Of a DNA stretch of 64,000 nt, positions 62,301-64,000 are shown in pieces. Numbering within the stretch: the stretch's first letter is position 1; each line of letters begins with the position of its first letter. The translations under genes and the position numbers were made by a program. Below the pieces are notes generated by a model. That model had not been told where the DNA came from, searched no databases, and was given only the letters and a program-made list of their open reading frames with translations. This DNA comes from Hemiscyllium ocellatum (Eukaryota): assembly GCF_020745735.1 (NCBI RefSeq), contig NC_083435.1, forward strand, positions 35,198,121-35,262,120, in the 5' to 3' direction.

Positions 62301-62934
62301 TCAATGACACAGATAGCTCAGCAAATATCTCTCCTTGTCCTGTGAGTCATTTAATTCTTCGCTACCATTTAAGACCGTTCCACAACTGGATGTAACAGGA
62401 CTGTAGAGTTTCAATCTGATCTGTTGATTGTGGAATTGTGGTTGACATGGCCTGTGAAACCTCCCACTCACATTTTGTGTCAGCGAGACTGTGACCTTTC
62501 CATGACTGCGAACCTAACAAGGGTTTGTGTTACACAATTTCTTCATATTAGACCTGCTACATTTAGAATGGAAAGTTGTTAACAGAGTAAAACCATTAAA
62601 AAAAATGCAAATTAAATCTATTGACTAAAAAATTGCCTCCCTCCAAAATTGTTGCCAACAATTCTGAGAGTCCAAACCATAACAGAAAGTGGAGACAGGT
62701 ATTAAATGGACAAACACAGCAGGAGAGAAAATCAATTGATGTATGGAACACGATTATCAGCATGTTTTTTTCCCAATTGAGTCGTGAGAAGAATGCGAAT
62801 GTCAAAGAACTGAAAGAGGAAGTCCAAGAGAAAGGGTAAAAACCACACTGGGAACCACACAGCAAACTGTCATCTGGTTTTAAATCAGATGGGGCAGTTG
62901 ACTTGTCTAACTTCTCCAGAAACCTATTCTTGAT

Positions 62935-63212
62935 GTCAGCGTGTGCGAGGGGGCCTAACTACAAATTGAGGGGTGATAGATTTAAGACAGATGTCAGAGG
63001 CAGGTTCTTTACGCAGAGAGTGGTAAGGGCGTGGAATGCACTACCTGCTAATGTAGTTAACATTTGGGAGATTTAAACAGTCCTTTATATAAGCACATGG
63101 ATGATTTTGGGATAGTGTAGGGGGACGAGTTGAGAATAGTTCACAGGTCGGCGCAACATCGAGGACCGAAGGGCTTGAATTGCGCTGTGTTGTTCTATGT
63201 TCTATGTTCTAA
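62935..63212 (+). mobile_element. CR1 3' end with (ttctatg)n tail
   Basis: gaggggtgatagatttaagacagatgtcagaggcagg...gttctatgttctatgttct. Confidence 0.85.
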
Positions 63213-63269
63213 ATAGACACATTCTCCCATTGGAAATTGTGGCCTTTTCTCTGTACTGACCATGAAGAT

Positions 63270-63610
63270 TTGATTCCCTACAGTGTGGAAACAGGCCCTT
63301 TGGTCCAACATGTCCACACAGACCCTCTGAAGAGTATCCCACCCAGACCCATTCCCCTACCCTATTATTCTACATTCCCCTACCCTATTATTCTACATTT
63401 CCCCTGACTAATGCACCTAACCTGCACATCCAAGAACACCATTTGTTTGGCCAATTCACCTAACCTGCACATCTTTGGACTGTGGGAGGAAACTGGAGCA
63501 CCCAGAGGAAACCCAAGCAGACATGGGGAGAATGTGCAAACTCCACACAGACAGTTGCCCAAGGCTGGAATAGAACCTGGTCCCTGGTGCTGTGAGCTAC
63601 CATGCTGCCC
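63270..63610 (-). mobile_element. HE1-type SINE with an internal ~23-bp tandem duplication
   Basis: cattcccctaccctattattcta occurs twice; ends catgctgccc (reverse complement of the head). Confidence 0.85.
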
Positions 63611-63754
63611 ATATGCTCTGTCACATATAGACAATCCACAGCTCAGAAATAATATTTCTATGAACACCCTGTGTCGTCATCAGCTTGGACTATTACTTTT
63701 TAATGATATGGACACAAGCAATCTCCCTGATGTAATCGTGGCTGAAGGGACCTA

Positions 63755-64000
63755 GGGTAATGGATGAACTGAAGGGAATTTATATTAGGCAGGAAATGGT
63801 AGTGGATAGACTGTTAGGTCTGGAAGTTGATAAGTCCCTGGAACCTGATGGTCTGCATCCCAGGGTACTTAAGAAGTGGGTCTAGAAATCGTGGATGCAT
63901 TGGTAATCATTTTCCAATGTTCGATAGATTCAGGATCAGTTCCTGCAGATTGGAGGGTGGCTAATGTTGTCCCACTTTTCAAGAAAGGAGGGAGAGAGGA
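63755..64000 (+). mobile_element. CR1 ORF2 fragment running off the window
   Basis: gataagtccctggaacctgatggtctgcatcccagggtactt...ggctaatgttgtcccacttttcaagaaagg (D-K-S..PDGLHPRVL; ANVVPLFKKG). Confidence 0.8.

Noticed and set aside
1-64000. CRISPR arrays, rRNA, operons or other prokaryotic systems
   Set aside because: No regularly spaced direct repeats with unique spacers and no rRNA-like sequence were seen. The content is spliced vertebrate genes and retroelements.

Overview
Vertebrate nuclear DNA, most likely a cartilaginous fish (inferred from HE1-type tRNA SINEs, CR1/L2-group LINEs and the gene content); no prokaryotic features. Hand splicing gives three spliced protein-coding genes. Two are divergently oriented, two-exon GPR139/GPR142-like rhodopsin GPCRs (A: minus, 21251-21182 + 13730-12823, 325 aa; B: plus, 29111-29180 + 33524-34413, 319 aa). 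The third is an MHC class I-like gene on the minus strand (leader 60196-60124, alpha1 53149-52889, alpha2 48240-47965, alpha3 47790-47524, TM 38615-38511, cytoplasmic exon uncertain). It has lost about half of the canonical peptide-anchoring residues and has a hydrophobic predicted groove. Two GPCR pseudogenes (~2235-3230, ~26395-27410) sit in a ~3.9 kb segmental duplication and share inactivating lesions. The rest is mostly retroelements. Four Penelope-like insertions share an inverted, outward-facing terminal architecture with a 38-40 nt tail on one end only, and minimal hammerhead ribozyme motifs occur in several PLE families. There is also a tRNA-headed LINE with a matching SINE. CpG looks undepleted across the GPCR-cluster half and strongly depleted in the MHC half. 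Exon coordinates were counted by hand; repeat boundaries are approximate and no database searches were run.
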